Counted from the first letter of the stretch, positions 20,421 to 30,450 are shown. The stretch is 64,000 nt of DNA from Alphaproteobacteria bacterium (GCA_965214705.1 CBDCCI010000001.1:544001-608000), one strand, 5' to 3'. Numbers and translations: made by a program. Notes: generated by a model not told the origin, from the sequence alone.

Positions 20421-21290
20421 CTCGCGATGATTGTGCTTGCCGGCGAACTCCCGGACGTAGCGGTCAAGATGCTTCGGGCTGATCTTGTGGAAGGTGCCAG
20501 CGTGCGCCCGCTTCAGCATCGACCAGAAGCTCTCGATCCCGTTCGTGTGAGCCTGCCCGCGCACGTATTGGGAGACCGAGTGCCTGACCGCTTCGTGGTC
20601 CCTCTCGACGCCCTTGTAGGCCGCAGCATCGTCCGTGTAGACCTTCGCGTCCGCCTCGGTGTTTTCCTCGACAAAATCCTGCAACGTCTCGGCATCGGTC
20701 TCGGCGACAACCTCCGCGCGGACCTGATTCGTGTCCCGATCCTTCATGCCGACCACGGCAGTCTTTCCGACCGCGCCCCGGCCCGTTCCCGCCAGTTCCT
20801 TCCGCTTCGCGTTGCTCATGTTCTTCCGCTTGCCGCCCATGTAGGTCTCGTCCACTTCTACAGGGCCGTCGAACGGCTCTTCGTCGCCATCTTCGCCCCA
20901 CGCTTCGCGGATGCGATGCAGCATGAACCACGCCGCACGCTGCGAAACGCCGATGTCCCGATGCAGCTTCATGCTGGAAACGGACTTGAGGGACGTGATG
21001 CACAGGTAGATCGCGATGGCCCACTTGCGCAGCGGGATGTTCGACCGCGCCATCGGCGTGCCGGTGCGGACGGAGAAGTAGGAGCGGCAGCCCTTGCACC
21101 AGTAGGGCATCGGCTTCGCGTTCGGAGCTTCCTTCGTCTCGGTCGAGCCGCACTTCGGGCAGTAGCGGCCATCCTCCCAAACGACCGACTCAAACCACTT
21201 CGTAGCGGCTTCCTCGGTCGGGAACATGTCCATCAACTCGACGACGGTCAGTCCCTCGCGGTGGGCTTTTCCAGGTGCTTTGCGGCTCAT
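20313..21290 (-). CDS. tnp: IS1595-family transposase
   Basis: Zn ribbon CPKCG...CKGC, VEVDETYMGG, YTDDAAAY and HTNGIESFWSMLKR. Confidence 0.93.
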   Translation of the reverse strand: MSRKAPGKAHREGLTVVELMDMFPTEEAATKWFESVVWEDGRYCPKCGSTETKEAPNAKPMPYWCKGCRSYFSVRTGTPMARSNIPLRKWAIAIYLCITSLKSVSSMKLHRDIGVSQRAAWFMLHRIREAWGEDGDEEPFDGPVEVDETYMGGKRKNMSNAKRKELAGTGRGAVGKTAVVGMKDRDTNQVRAEVVAETDAETLQDFVEENTEADAKVYTDDAAAYKGVERDHEAVRHSVSQYVRGQAHTNGIESFWSMLKRAHAGTFHKISPKHLDRYVREFAGKHNHRESGTLVQMRDTVARLVGRNLLYRDLIARNGLSNAGR

Positions 21291-21393
21291 TTCTCGTCTC
21301 CCCTTACACCTTGGAATATAGGGAGTTAGCCCGCAGATGTCAAGTAATGATCATAAGCCCCTTTGCAAGAAATGGCTCACTAGACAAGAACTG

Positions 21394-21705
21394 CTACCAT
21401 CCAAGTAGAATAGCACAAAAAGCTGCTATTGTGGCCGTCTCTTGTGTATCCAATCTCGGATCTTCGGCTACCTCGTTTATACAATTCAGCATAGCGGGCG
21501 TCCGACGGAGTGCTTCGTCGAATGTCGAGGTATCCTTAAGTACAGCAGCGGTAAAGTCGGCAGCAGTGGCCAATCTGTCTTGTGACGAAGCACTGCGCCA
21601 TTCGCCGAGAGTGGAGTCATGCAGAGTTCCGCCTTCGTACCATTCGGCACTCATTGCCGGAGAGGTCGAGACTAGTACTAGAATTGCAAGCACTGCATAT
21701 CTCAT
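21394..21705 (-). CDS. Small secreted hypothetical protein
   Basis: GGAGG RBS, signal peptide MRYAVLAILVLVSTSPAMS, two Cys, lower GC. Confidence 0.6.
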   Translation of the reverse strand: MRYAVLAILVLVSTSPAMSAEWYEGGTLHDSTLGEWRSASSQDRLATAADFTAAVLKDTSTFDEALRRTPAMLNCINEVAEDPRLDTQETATIAAFCAILLGW

Positions 21706-21884
21706 TCGTTCCTCCCGTCGAATATCGATCATGTGGAAGCCATGCAAGATTTGTGGCACGCTAGATCAGACTTGCTAACGGCCACTGGTCGCACGTTCTC
21801 CAGCGGCGTTGAGATCGACGAAACCGGCCAGCCGCTTCCCTCTACGGATGTCGCCCCCGACCCGCAGGGGGCGTGGCCGTAAGC

Positions 21885-22049
21885 GGGTCTGCGTCTGGCA
21901 TGGCGGACGCATCGAGAATGTATGTGGTTGATTCTCCGCGATTTTGCATTCGCACCGGATGGCCGCAAACGGGCCCTCGTGACAATCGGTGCTTCTGAGC
22001 CTGACTTCGGTCACGACAACGGGCTGGAGTGGGAGCGGTAGAAACGCTC
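21885..22049. repeat. 165-bp direct repeat, copy 2
   Basis: Matches 17944-18108. Confidence 0.92.
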
Positions 22050-22154
22050 CACACCGCAGGAGATCAATGGATGAAGCCAAATCAATCACCGCCATATCAG
22101 AACCACGCCCCCGTAAGCTGCCCCGGCGCTGCATGGGTATCCGCCGCCGTTGCG

Positions 22155-23027
22155 TCACAGCATTCCGGGAAACCTGTGTCGTGGCAGAGCCGACCCGATA
22201 ACTGCGATCTCGCTGCAGTGGACCGGATAGAGTTCCGGGACAAAATCGATTCGCGGTTTCTTGCCAGCCGGTCCGTAGCCGATGTCAGCGGGCTTGATAT
22301 CCTCGATTGCGACAAGCTCAACGACAACGCCCAAGCGTTCTTCGACATCCTGTGCGAGCTTGGCAAACTCCGGTTCCCAGATCCCTGCTTTGTTGCGCGT
22401 GGTACCTGTAACCTGCCAGCCCAGCCACCATGCTCTGGGCGCCAGAATTTGCACAATCGGTACTTTTTCACAGACTTCCGCATCAAAGCAGGATCTTGCT
22501 TCCGAAGCGATATCCTTCCGGTTGGCATCGACAATCGAGGCGTACCGCAAGCTCTGCATCAATGCGGCGGGAGGACTGTCCCCTCGCCCGGACACTGGCT
22601 TGATTTTCAATTCGATGACGGTGAGCCGCCCGCAGTCCGTGACTCCAAGCAAATCAACTTCACCGATTCCCTTGTCACAGCCACTAGCTGCCAAGGGAAC
22701 CTGATAGTCGAGCAGACGCAACCATCCCGTTTCTGGGCGCGGCCAAAAGCAGGCCATACGCCATAACGCAATAGCCAAGTGCTCTTCCTTGAGAGAGTGG
22801 TCTTCCTTGATGCGATTGCTGCTGCCTTTTTCCGACAAGAAGCCCTTGTGATCCGACATGAAGTACTTCTTGCCTTTGGTCCAGCGCTTTGGTGCAGAAC
22901 ACCTTAGCTGTTCGTACTCCAAACAAAGTGCGTCGCGATTAATCCTCGACATAGTTTCCGAAAGTCCTGTTGTTTGCCAATTTCGTCCAAAGAGAATTGG
23001 GAAACTTCCCGTTGAAATGTCAGACAT
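22155..23027 (-). CDS. PD-(D/E)XK-fold nuclease-like protein
   Basis: IGEVDLLG...TVIELK...ALMQSLRY pattern, lower-GC cargo. Start codon is uncertain. Confidence 0.6.
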   Translation of the reverse strand: MSDISTGSFPILFGRNWQTTGLSETMSRINRDALCLEYEQLRCSAPKRWTKGKKYFMSDHKGFLSEKGSSNRIKEDHSLKEEHLAIALWRMACFWPRPETGWLRLLDYQVPLAASGCDKGIGEVDLLGVTDCGRLTVIELKIKPVSGRGDSPPAALMQSLRYASIVDANRKDIASEARSCFDAEVCEKVPIVQILAPRAWWLGWQVTGTTRNKAGIWEPEFAKLAQDVEERLGVVVELVAIEDIKPADIGYGPAGKKPRIDFVPELYPVHCSEIAVIGSALPRHRFPGML

Positions 23028-23266
23028 TTGATGTCCTCCGTATCCACTAACTGTGACTTATGTTGTGATCCACCACGAGAGCCTCTTGCAGACGAGGCCA
23101 TCATTGCCATTGGCGTGCGAGAGCACCCGTAGAGGAGCTTGGCCCGAACCGTGATCGGCTTCTGTCACTGATGGCGCGGGTTCGCCCGCGACCTCGTTCA
23201 AGAGGTTGAGACTTCGCCGCGATTCCTCCCCACCCGCAACGGCAACGGAGTTTGGGAGGTCTCTCG

Positions 23267-23452
23267 ATGGCGCGCAAGCGGGAGAAGGCGGCAGCGCCTC
23301 AAAGTGGTGCACCCGGATTGCGCGGGGATCGACATTGGCAAGGACCATCACTTCGTGGCGGTCGATCCGGAGCGGACTTCGGAACCGATCCGGGAGTTCG
23401 GCGCGTTCACGCGCGATCTGGATACGATGGCCGAGTGGCTCAAGTCGTGCAG
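23267..23452 (+). pseudogene. IS110-family transposase N-terminal remnant
   Basis: VHPDCAGIDIGKDHHFVAV...REFGAFTRDLDTMAEWLKSC, frameshifted and truncated. Confidence 0.8.
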
Positions 23453-23524
23453 TCAATCTCGACGCGGTCCGCAGCGACCCCGCCAACGACAACGAGGCCG
23501 AGCACGGGGTGATGCTGAGAAGCC

Positions 23525-24712
23525 TCATCCGCTGGTGAGGGGCGCGCCGGGTCCGCCGCCGTTTCCGGCCTCGCCGCCATCCAATGCCCTCGCGATGGCC
23601 GCGCCGATGCGTTCCGCCGCCGCCTCGGTCTCCCGGTCGCCGACATGGGCGTAGCGCAGTGTCATGCCCGGATTCTTGTGACCAAGCAGGTGGGAGACGA
23701 CGGGCAACGGGACGCCTTGCAGCACGGCGTGGCTGGCGAACGTGTGCCTGAGGTCATGAAGGCGCACGTCCTCGATCCCGGTCTCCCTGCGCACCGAGTA
23801 CCAGAGCGGCAAGCCGGAGCACAGCGGCCGGTCCGGGTCGAGCGGCGAGGGGAAGACGTAGGGGCCGTTCGACCGCGGCTGCCGCTCCAGGATGGCGCGT
23901 GCCGGCGCATTCAGCGGCACCTGTCTCGGTCCGGTCTTGGCGTCGGCGAGATTGAGCGTGTCTGCGTCCACGTCCTGCCAGCGCATGGTCACGATCTCGC
24001 TCTTGCGGCAGCCTGTCAGCAGCAGCAGGCGGATGATGTCGGCCTGTTGCGCGCGCGCCGGCCGCGCGCCGGCGTAGCGGTCCAGCACGCCGTGAAGGCG
24101 ATGGATTTCATCGCGCGAGAGGAAGCGGGTGAGCCTGGGGCGGGGGTTGCGCTTGATGCCGCGCGCCGGGTTCGTCTGGAGATGGCCGCAGACGACCGCG
24201 TGGTTCAGCAACGTGCCGAGCAGGCTCAATGCGTGATTGGCGCCTCCCGGCGCGGTCCGGCTGTACTCGTCGAACCAGCGAGTCACGCCGGCGCGGTCGA
24301 TCCGGTCGAGCGGCAGCGATCCGAAGGCCGGAAGCAGACGTGCGTTGATGATCCGCTTCGCCTCCTTTCGCGTCGACGGCTTGCCCCGGTCGAAGAAGGC
24401 TCGCTCCGGCCCGGCGACGAACTCCGCGAAGGTCGGGACCGCCCCCCGTTCCGGCCCGCCGGCGGGCGGCACGGTTTCGAGTTCGAGGCATTTGGCGCGC
24501 GCCTCCCCGACGCTCATCAACGCCGCAGACCCGAGGGTAATCCTGCGCGCGCCGTCTTCGCCCTTCCGCCAGTAGACGAAGCTGCGGTGGCCCGACGCAC
24601 GGATGCGCACACCGAGACCCGCTAGGCGCGTGTCCCAGACCGTGTACTCGCGGGGCGCCGGCGCCAGCTTCGCAATGTTGGCGTCGGTCAGACGCCGCCT
24701 CTTCACGGCCAT
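23525..24712 (-). CDS. int: Tyrosine integrase with arm-binding domain (IME integrase 2)
   Basis: VWDTRLAGLGVRI, TGCRKSEI, AKTG, HDLRH and LLGH...LRY. Confidence 0.92.
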   Translation of the reverse strand: MAVKRRRLTDANIAKLAPAPREYTVWDTRLAGLGVRIRASGHRSFVYWRKGEDGARRITLGSAALMSVGEARAKCLELETVPPAGGPERGAVPTFAEFVAGPERAFFDRGKPSTRKEAKRIINARLLPAFGSLPLDRIDRAGVTRWFDEYSRTAPGGANHALSLLGTLLNHAVVCGHLQTNPARGIKRNPRPRLTRFLSRDEIHRLHGVLDRYAGARPARAQQADIIRLLLLTGCRKSEIVTMRWQDVDADTLNLADAKTGPRQVPLNAPARAILERQPRSNGPYVFPSPLDPDRPLCSGLPLWYSVRRETGIEDVRLHDLRHTFASHAVLQGVPLPVVSHLLGHKNPGMTLRYAHVGDRETEAAAERIGAAIARALDGGEAGNGGGPGAPLTSG

Positions 24713-24715
24713 GGG

Positions 24716-25843
24716 TCAACCCTCCGCCAGGACGGCGCCGACGGCATCGGCCGCCTCGCGCACCATGGCGTCGGACAGATGGATGTATTTCAGCGTCGTC
24801 GCCGGATTGCGGTGCCCGAGCAGGCGGCCGATGGTGAGCACCGTCTCGCCCTGCGCGAGCGCGATGCTGGCGTAGCTGTGTCGCAAATCGTGAAGGCGGA
24901 CGTCGCACATGCCGGCTTCCGCCCTCACGTGATGCCAGGCTCTGTCGACCGTCGCCGCGTTGAGACAGCCGTGCGTCAGCGGCGAGGGAAAGATCCAGGC
25001 CGTCTCGCGGGGCAGGCCGTCGAGGATCGCGCGCGCGGCGGACGAGAGCCAGACCGTGCGGGGTCCGGTCTTGGAGTCGCGCAGGAACAGCTTGCCCTCG
25101 CGGTAGTCGCGCCATTTGAGGGTGACGATCTCGCCCTTGCGGCAGCCGGTGAGCAGGAGGAGCCGTATGATCGCGACGGTCTGAGGGTGATCCGCCTCGT
25201 GGCGTGCCAGCACCGCGCCCAGCCGGCGGAACTCGGCCGCCGACAGGAAGCGCTCCCGTCCCTGGCGGCGGTAGCGCTTGATGCCGGCGCACGGGTTGGT
25301 GCCTTCCGGCCTGTAGCCGTAGACCTCGGCCTGGCGCATGATGACCGAGAGCACGGGGGCGGAGCGGTCGGCGGCCACCGGGGTCTCGTGGAGGGAGGCG
25401 AACCAGAGCTGGACGTCGTGGGCGGCGATCTCCGAGATCGGGCGTCCTGCGAACCAGGGCAGGACATGGTTCCGGTAGTAGCCCCGGTTGACCTTGAGCG
25501 TGGAGGGTTTCCAGTTCGGGGCATGGCGCCGGAACACTTCGTCTGCGACGATCTCGAACGGAGTGTCCGGCGGCGCTGCGGCCGAATCGTCGTCTCCCTT
25601 GCGGATCGCGGCCAGCAGGGTCCTGGCCCGGCCGCGGGCTTCGTCCGTGCCGATGTCTCCTGCCTGGCCGACGATCTTCCAGACCCGCCGCCCTTCGTGC
25701 TGACTGTGGATGAAATAGCGCCTGGCGCCCGAGGGCAGGACCCTGACACCGAAGCCCTTTAGTTCGCGGTCGCGAACGTCGTAGGCGGACTTGCGGGGCT
25801 TGAGCGCGTCGACGCGGCGTTGGTTGAGGCGAAGCGTCGCCAT
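24716..25843 (-). CDS. int: Tyrosine integrase with arm-binding domain (IME integrase 1)
   Basis: RDRELKGFGVRV, TGCRKGEI, SKTG, HDLRH and LLGH...LKY. Confidence 0.92.
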   Translation of the reverse strand: MATLRLNQRRVDALKPRKSAYDVRDRELKGFGVRVLPSGARRYFIHSQHEGRRVWKIVGQAGDIGTDEARGRARTLLAAIRKGDDDSAAAPPDTPFEIVADEVFRRHAPNWKPSTLKVNRGYYRNHVLPWFAGRPISEIAAHDVQLWFASLHETPVAADRSAPVLSVIMRQAEVYGYRPEGTNPCAGIKRYRRQGRERFLSAAEFRRLGAVLARHEADHPQTVAIIRLLLLTGCRKGEIVTLKWRDYREGKLFLRDSKTGPRTVWLSSAARAILDGLPRETAWIFPSPLTHGCLNAATVDRAWHHVRAEAGMCDVRLHDLRHSYASIALAQGETVLTIGRLLGHRNPATTLKYIHLSDAMVREAADAVGAVLAEG

Positions 25844-25963
25844 CGATATTCCTCCTGCGTTGCGTTGCAGCCGGGGCGAAATCGGGGGCCGATTCCGTGT
25901 CCCCCGGCCGAATCAGGAGGAAGAAAGCAACGCTGTGTCAGCATGTTAGCACCGTAGGTGCGC

Positions 25964-26421
25964 CGCCAGGTGTCGCCGGTCTCGACGCGGTAGGCATCGG
26001 CGGCGAGGTCGCGGAGCTTCTCGAAGGCGTCACGCCTGTCGCCGAGGCTCTGCGCGCGGTCGGTCATGGTCTGCAGCTCCCACGCCTTGACCTCGGAGCC
26101 GTCCTGCGCCTTCTCGAGGTCTTTCATCTCAGGCGCGATGCGGTCGACGGCGCGGTCGAGGCGGGTAACCTGCGAGTGCAGCATGTTGGTCAGGCCCCAC
26201 ATCAGTGCCTCGCGCTCGTCGGCCATCTGTGTGCCGTCTACGGTGATGCCGTCGACGATGACGCGGATGGCTTCGTTCAGCGCATCGATGGCATCGTCCT
26301 CGTCCCAGACGACCCTGCTGTCGAGCTCGCCGCGCTCGGGCGCTGCGCCGTAGAGGGCCATGCCCTCGCAGACCGTGGCAGTGGAAGAAGCCGATGCGGT
26401 AGTGCTGGTAGTGTCTATCAT
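25964..26421 (-). pseudogene. DUF2493 gene, 5' half
   Basis: MIDTT...AQDGSEVKAWELQ...AYRVETGDTW, continuing at 10446. Confidence 0.8.
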
Positions 26422-27868
26422 GACGATCTCCCTTGTCATCCTCCGGGGCCCTGTGCCCCGTCGTGATGTCCTTTGTGATTCACGCGCGCGCAGAGGCAGC
26501 ACCTGGCCCTAGGAAGTCTTAGGCGGGATTAGGTGCGGAAGTTCGGCGAGTTGGTGCGGAAGATGGCGCCGCCGTGCCGGTGGGAACGGTGCTCCGCAGC
26601 AAATCCATTCCAGTGGTCATTACGGCGCCGTGCCGGGCGGGCCCGCTTGGGCCTGGCCGGCGTCTAGGCGCCGCCACGAATGGTTCCGCGAATGGATTTG
26701 ATGCGGTGCAGCGTGACGCGGCGGCCCCGCGTCAGGGGCCGGCGCGCTGCAAGACGAGGCGGTTGGCGATTACACGCAAGCCATCTTCACGGTCGCCGAA
26801 CTTCACGGCCCGCCTTAGACTTCCTTGGGTCAGGGCGGAGGGAGCGCAGCGACCGAAGCACCCGGAGGGTGGAACACCCGCAGGGTTGCTGTCGCGAGCA
26901 CGTGTGAAATCCTCGGACATCACGACGGAGTGCGCTGTGAATACCAAGTAGGAGGAAAGCATGAAGTAAACCAAACACTTGGTAGTGCTGATGATCGACC
27001 GGTGGCTGAAACGCCACCCTGCCTGACGAGGGGTGTTGGGCGGAAGGGGATCGCTAAGCTCCGCCGGTTTCCGACGGTGGGGCGAAAGAGCTGCGATCTG
27101 AACTGTACCGGGTGCGGGCCGTCGCTCGCGGGCCGGGCTACCACAGGACCTATGGCGAGGTTGAACGAAGCACGTGACGGAAGCCTCTTTATTTAGATGT
27201 CCAACCCTCAATGGCCCGACGGGGCGGAGGGAGCGCGGTGAGAGCCGGTTGGTCTTCCGTCTGCCGACTGGCGGGTGTGTTGAACGCACCCGGGTACGGG
27301 TCAACCCTTCTATCCCGAACCCCAGAGCTGCAAGGGGTATAGCGTGCCGCCTAAGGGTCTCAGGTTTGTCATCGGAACACAGGAACCCATGCTGTTCGCC
27401 CGGCACGGAACCGGGCTAGCCGCGGAGAACGGAGACGGGCCGCATGGGGGCGGAGCCCTCGTAGTAGTCGGAGTGCGGGAAAGCCGCATACATGGCGAAG
27501 GGGGGCAGAAGGTGGATCGGCTATCGACTGACGGAGGAACTATCCGTGGACTCGGATAATCAGGCCGACATGGCCTGGCTCCTCAACGTGCAGCGGAAGT
27601 TGTATCGGTGGAGTAAGGAGACGCCTGAAGGCGCTTACGGCGATGTGTGGAACTGGGTAACCGATCCGCGCAATCTTCGCTGTGCATGGCACTCGATTGC
27701 CCAGAACAAGGGCAGACGAACGCCGGGCGTCGACGGGCTGACGGTGGCGAGCATTGCCGCTGGCGATGGAGGTGTACCGTAAGCGGTATCGGGCCCCCAT
27801 ACTTCCAGCGGATCTGATTTCGGGGCTGACTCTCCGCCTTGACCACGAGCCACACAGGAGAGATCGCG

Positions 27869-28294
27869 ATGACAGATTCGATTTTGGCATCTGGCGACGG
27901 TGTCGCTGTTGCTTCGGTTGAGATCCCAGCTTCTGAGGGAGCCGCCCCGGCTCCGTCTGAGCCGGCCCCCATGCGACGCTGGCCGGACGATGAGAAGGCG
28001 CGGATTGTCTCGGAGAGCTTTGAGCCGGGCTCTTCGGTTGCGGCGGTCGCGCGCCGCCATGGCGTCAGCGATACGACCCTGACCAAGTGGCGGCGGCGCG
28101 CGCGGGAGGGAACTCTTCCGGGCGCTCGGATTGGTGGCTCTGCACCGCCATTTGTTCCCGTGGTGGTTGATAGCGTGACGTCCGAGCGGACGGTGGCGAT
28201 CGAGGCGCTAGGCGTGGTCGTTCGCCTTCCGGTGGAGAGCGCGGTCGATCGGATTGTTGCGGTGGCCTCGGGCCTGGGCCGGGCGTCGTCATGA
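27869..28294 (+). CDS. tnpA: IS66 accessory protein TnpA
   Basis: RRWPDDEKARIVSESFEPGSSVAAVARRHG HTH. Confidence 0.88.
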   Translation: MTDSILASGDGVAVASVEIPASEGAAPAPSEPAPMRRWPDDEKARIVSESFEPGSSVAAVARRHGVSDTTLTKWRRRAREGTLPGARIGGSAPPFVPVVVDSVTSERTVAIEALGVVVRLPVESAVDRIVAVASGLGRASS

Positions 28295-28641
28295 TCGCGG
28301 CCCCCTCGCTTCGCATCGTGTTGGCGACGCGGCCGGTTGATTTTCGTCGCGGCCACGACGCGCTTGCGGCGACGGCGGCGGGGGAGCTGGACCTCGATAT
28401 CTATTCCGGGGTGATCGTGATCTTCCGCTCGCGCCGCGGCGACAGGCTCAAGCTCCTTGCGTGGGACGGCAGCGGTCTGGTGATGACCTACAAGCGTCTG
28501 GAGCAGGGCCGCTTCGCCTGGCCTCGGATCGAGGATGGTGTGATGCGCCTTACGAAGGGCCAGTTCGAGGCCCTCTTCGAGGGTCTGGACTGGCGCCGGG
28601 TGAAGGCCCGCCCGGTTCGCCGCCCGCTGGCGGCGGAGTGA
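28291..28641 (+). CDS. tnpB: IS66 accessory protein TnpB
   Basis: PVDFRRGHD, FRSRRGDRLKLLAWDGSG and KRLEQGRFAWP. Confidence 0.93.
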   Translation: MIAAPSLRIVLATRPVDFRRGHDALAATAAGELDLDIYSGVIVIFRSRRGDRLKLLAWDGSGLVMTYKRLEQGRFAWPRIEDGVMRLTKGQFEALFEGLDWRRVKARPVRRPLAAE

Positions 28642-28734
28642 GGCGGCACGCAGGCGGGGCCGCAGATTTCGGTCGCGGTCCCGCCTGCACTTTTCCCTGG
28701 TCATGCATTGGCGAATCGGATTAAGGGGTGGCCC

Positions 28735-30450
28735 ATGCCGAAGGTCACGCCCTCACCCCTCAGCAGCGCCGGTTCGCCGTCGCCTGCGGTGGTTTCGGCG
28801 GCGCTGGCGGCCCTGCATGCGGAGCTTGACGACGAGCGCGCGGCGCGCCGGGCGACGGAAGCAGCCCTATGCGAAGCGGAGCAGGCACGCGGCGCGGCGG
28901 AGGCGGCGAGGCAGACGGCGGAAGCGCGGGCGGCACGGCTGGAGGCCGAGAACGCGCAGAGCGCGGAGCAGATCAGCCGGCTTGAGCATCTCAACAAGGA
29001 GCTCAGGAAGGCGCTGTTCGGTCCGCGCTCCGAGAAGCTCGGCGAGGACGAGCGCCAGCTTACGTTCGAGGAGTTTTGGGCGGCGATCGCTGAAGCCGGC
29101 GGTCGGCCCGAGGCAGATGACCAGGAGCAGGACGAGGGGGCTGGCGGCAAGCGCCGGCGGCGCTCTTCCCGGGGGTCGCGCAGCGGGGTGCGCTTCGGGC
29201 CCCAGGTCGACCGGCGCGAGGAGGTGATCGAGCCGGACACGATCATGTGCCCCTGCGGCTGCGGCGAGATGACGAAGATCGGCGAGGACCGCAGCGAGCG
29301 GCTGGACTATGAGCCGGCGAAGTTCACCGTCATCGAGACCGTGCGCCCCCGCTACGCCTGCAACAAGTGCAAGGGGGGCGGGGTGGTGCAGTCGCCGGCG
29401 CCGGCCGCTCTGGTCGAGGGCGGCCTTCCCACCGAGGCTCTTCTGGCGCAGGTGCTGATCGCGAAGTACGGCGATCATTGCCCGCTCTATCGCCAGTCGC
29501 AGATCTACGAGCGCTCGGGGATCGAGGTTCACCGTGCGACGCTGGCGACGTGGGTGGGCCAGGCGTCGTTTCACCTGCGCCCCGTGGTCGCTTGCCTGGA
29601 GGATGAGCTGAAGAAGTCGGATCACCTGGGTCTGGACGAGACCACGATCCGCGTTCTCGACCCGGGCCGGGGCAAGACGAAGACGGGCTACATGTGGACC
29701 CTTGTGCGTGACGAGCGCCACTGGAGCGGCACGGACCCGCCGGGCGTCGTCTATCGCTATGCGCCCGGCCGCGGCGGCAAGTATGGCGCCGAGCTTATGG
29801 AGGGCTTTTCGGGGACGGTGCAGCTCGACGGCTACTCGGGCCACAACATCCTGGCGCGGCCGGACCGGGCGGAAGGCCCTGTGACGCGGGCCCTCTGTTG
29901 GGCGCATGTAAGACGGAAGCTGAAAGAGGTATACGACTCGAGCGCATCGCCGATCGCGCTGGCCGGTCTGAATCGGATCGCGAAGCTCTATGCGATCGAG
30001 AAGAAGATCCGGGGCAAGCCGCCGGCGGAGCGCCGCGCGATCCGTTGGGAGGAGTCGGCGCCGATCGTGAACACCTTCGGTGTCTGGCTCGACGAGCAGC
30101 GCTCGCGCGTCTCACCGCGCTCGCGTCTCGGCGAGAAGCTGACCTATATCGCCAACCAGTGGGACGGGCTGCTGGAGTTCCTGCACGACGGTCGTGTCGA
30201 GATCGACTCGAACCTGGTGGAAAACCGAATCCGGCCGCTGAAGCTCACCGCCAAGAACGCGCTCTTCGCCGGCAACGACGAGGGTGCGCAAGCCTGGGCC
30301 CGCATCGCCTCGCTGATCGAGACCTGCAAGATGAACGGCGTCGAGCCCTACGCCTGGATGCGGAGCACGCTCGAGAAGATCGCCAAGGGCCACCCGCAGT
30401 CGGGCATCCAGGAGCTTCTGCCGTGGAACTTCCAGCCCGAGGCAAAATGA
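28735..30450 (+). CDS. tnpC: IS66 transposase TnpC
   Basis: LFGPRSEK, KYGDHCPLYRQ, LDETT, CWAHVRRK and ELLPWN. Confidence 0.95.
   Translation: MPKVTPSPLSSAGSPSPAVVSAALAALHAELDDERAARRATEAALCEAEQARGAAEAARQTAEARAARLEAENAQSAEQISRLEHLNKELRKALFGPRSEKLGEDERQLTFEEFWAAIAEAGGRPEADDQEQDEGAGGKRRRRSSRGSRSGVRFGPQVDRREEVIEPDTIMCPCGCGEMTKIGEDRSERLDYEPAKFTVIETVRPRYACNKCKGGGVVQSPAPAALVEGGLPTEALLAQVLIAKYGDHCPLYRQSQIYERSGIEVHRATLATWVGQASFHLRPVVACLEDELKKSDHLGLDETTIRVLDPGRGKTKTGYMWTLVRDERHWSGTDPPGVVYRYAPGRGGKYGAELMEGFSGTVQLDGYSGHNILARPDRAEGPVTRALCWAHVRRKLKEVYDSSASPIALAGLNRIAKLYAIEKKIRGKPPAERRAIRWEESAPIVNTFGVWLDEQRSRVSPRSRLGEKLTYIANQWDGLLEFLHDGRVEIDSNLVENRIRPLKLTAKNALFAGNDEGAQAWARIASLIETCKMNGVEPYAWMRSTLEKIAKGHPQSGIQELLPWNFQPEAK

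Larger units (their letters stand above)
18109..21361 (-). mobile_element. IS1595-family transposon with passenger genes
   Basis: Terminal IRs GGGGCTTATGATC(C/A)TTACTT (19/20 match) enclose the transposase and three other ORFs. No flanking target duplication seen. Confidence 0.85.
10447..25963. mobile_element. Integrative mobilisable element (tandem tyrosine integrases + MOBF relaxase) inserted in the DUF2493 gene
   Basis: 10-bp direct repeat CGCCAGGTGT at 10437-10446 and 25964-25973. Removal restores ...ETGDTWRPRHGSH... The integrase starts ~120 bp from the right junction. Confidence 0.85.
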
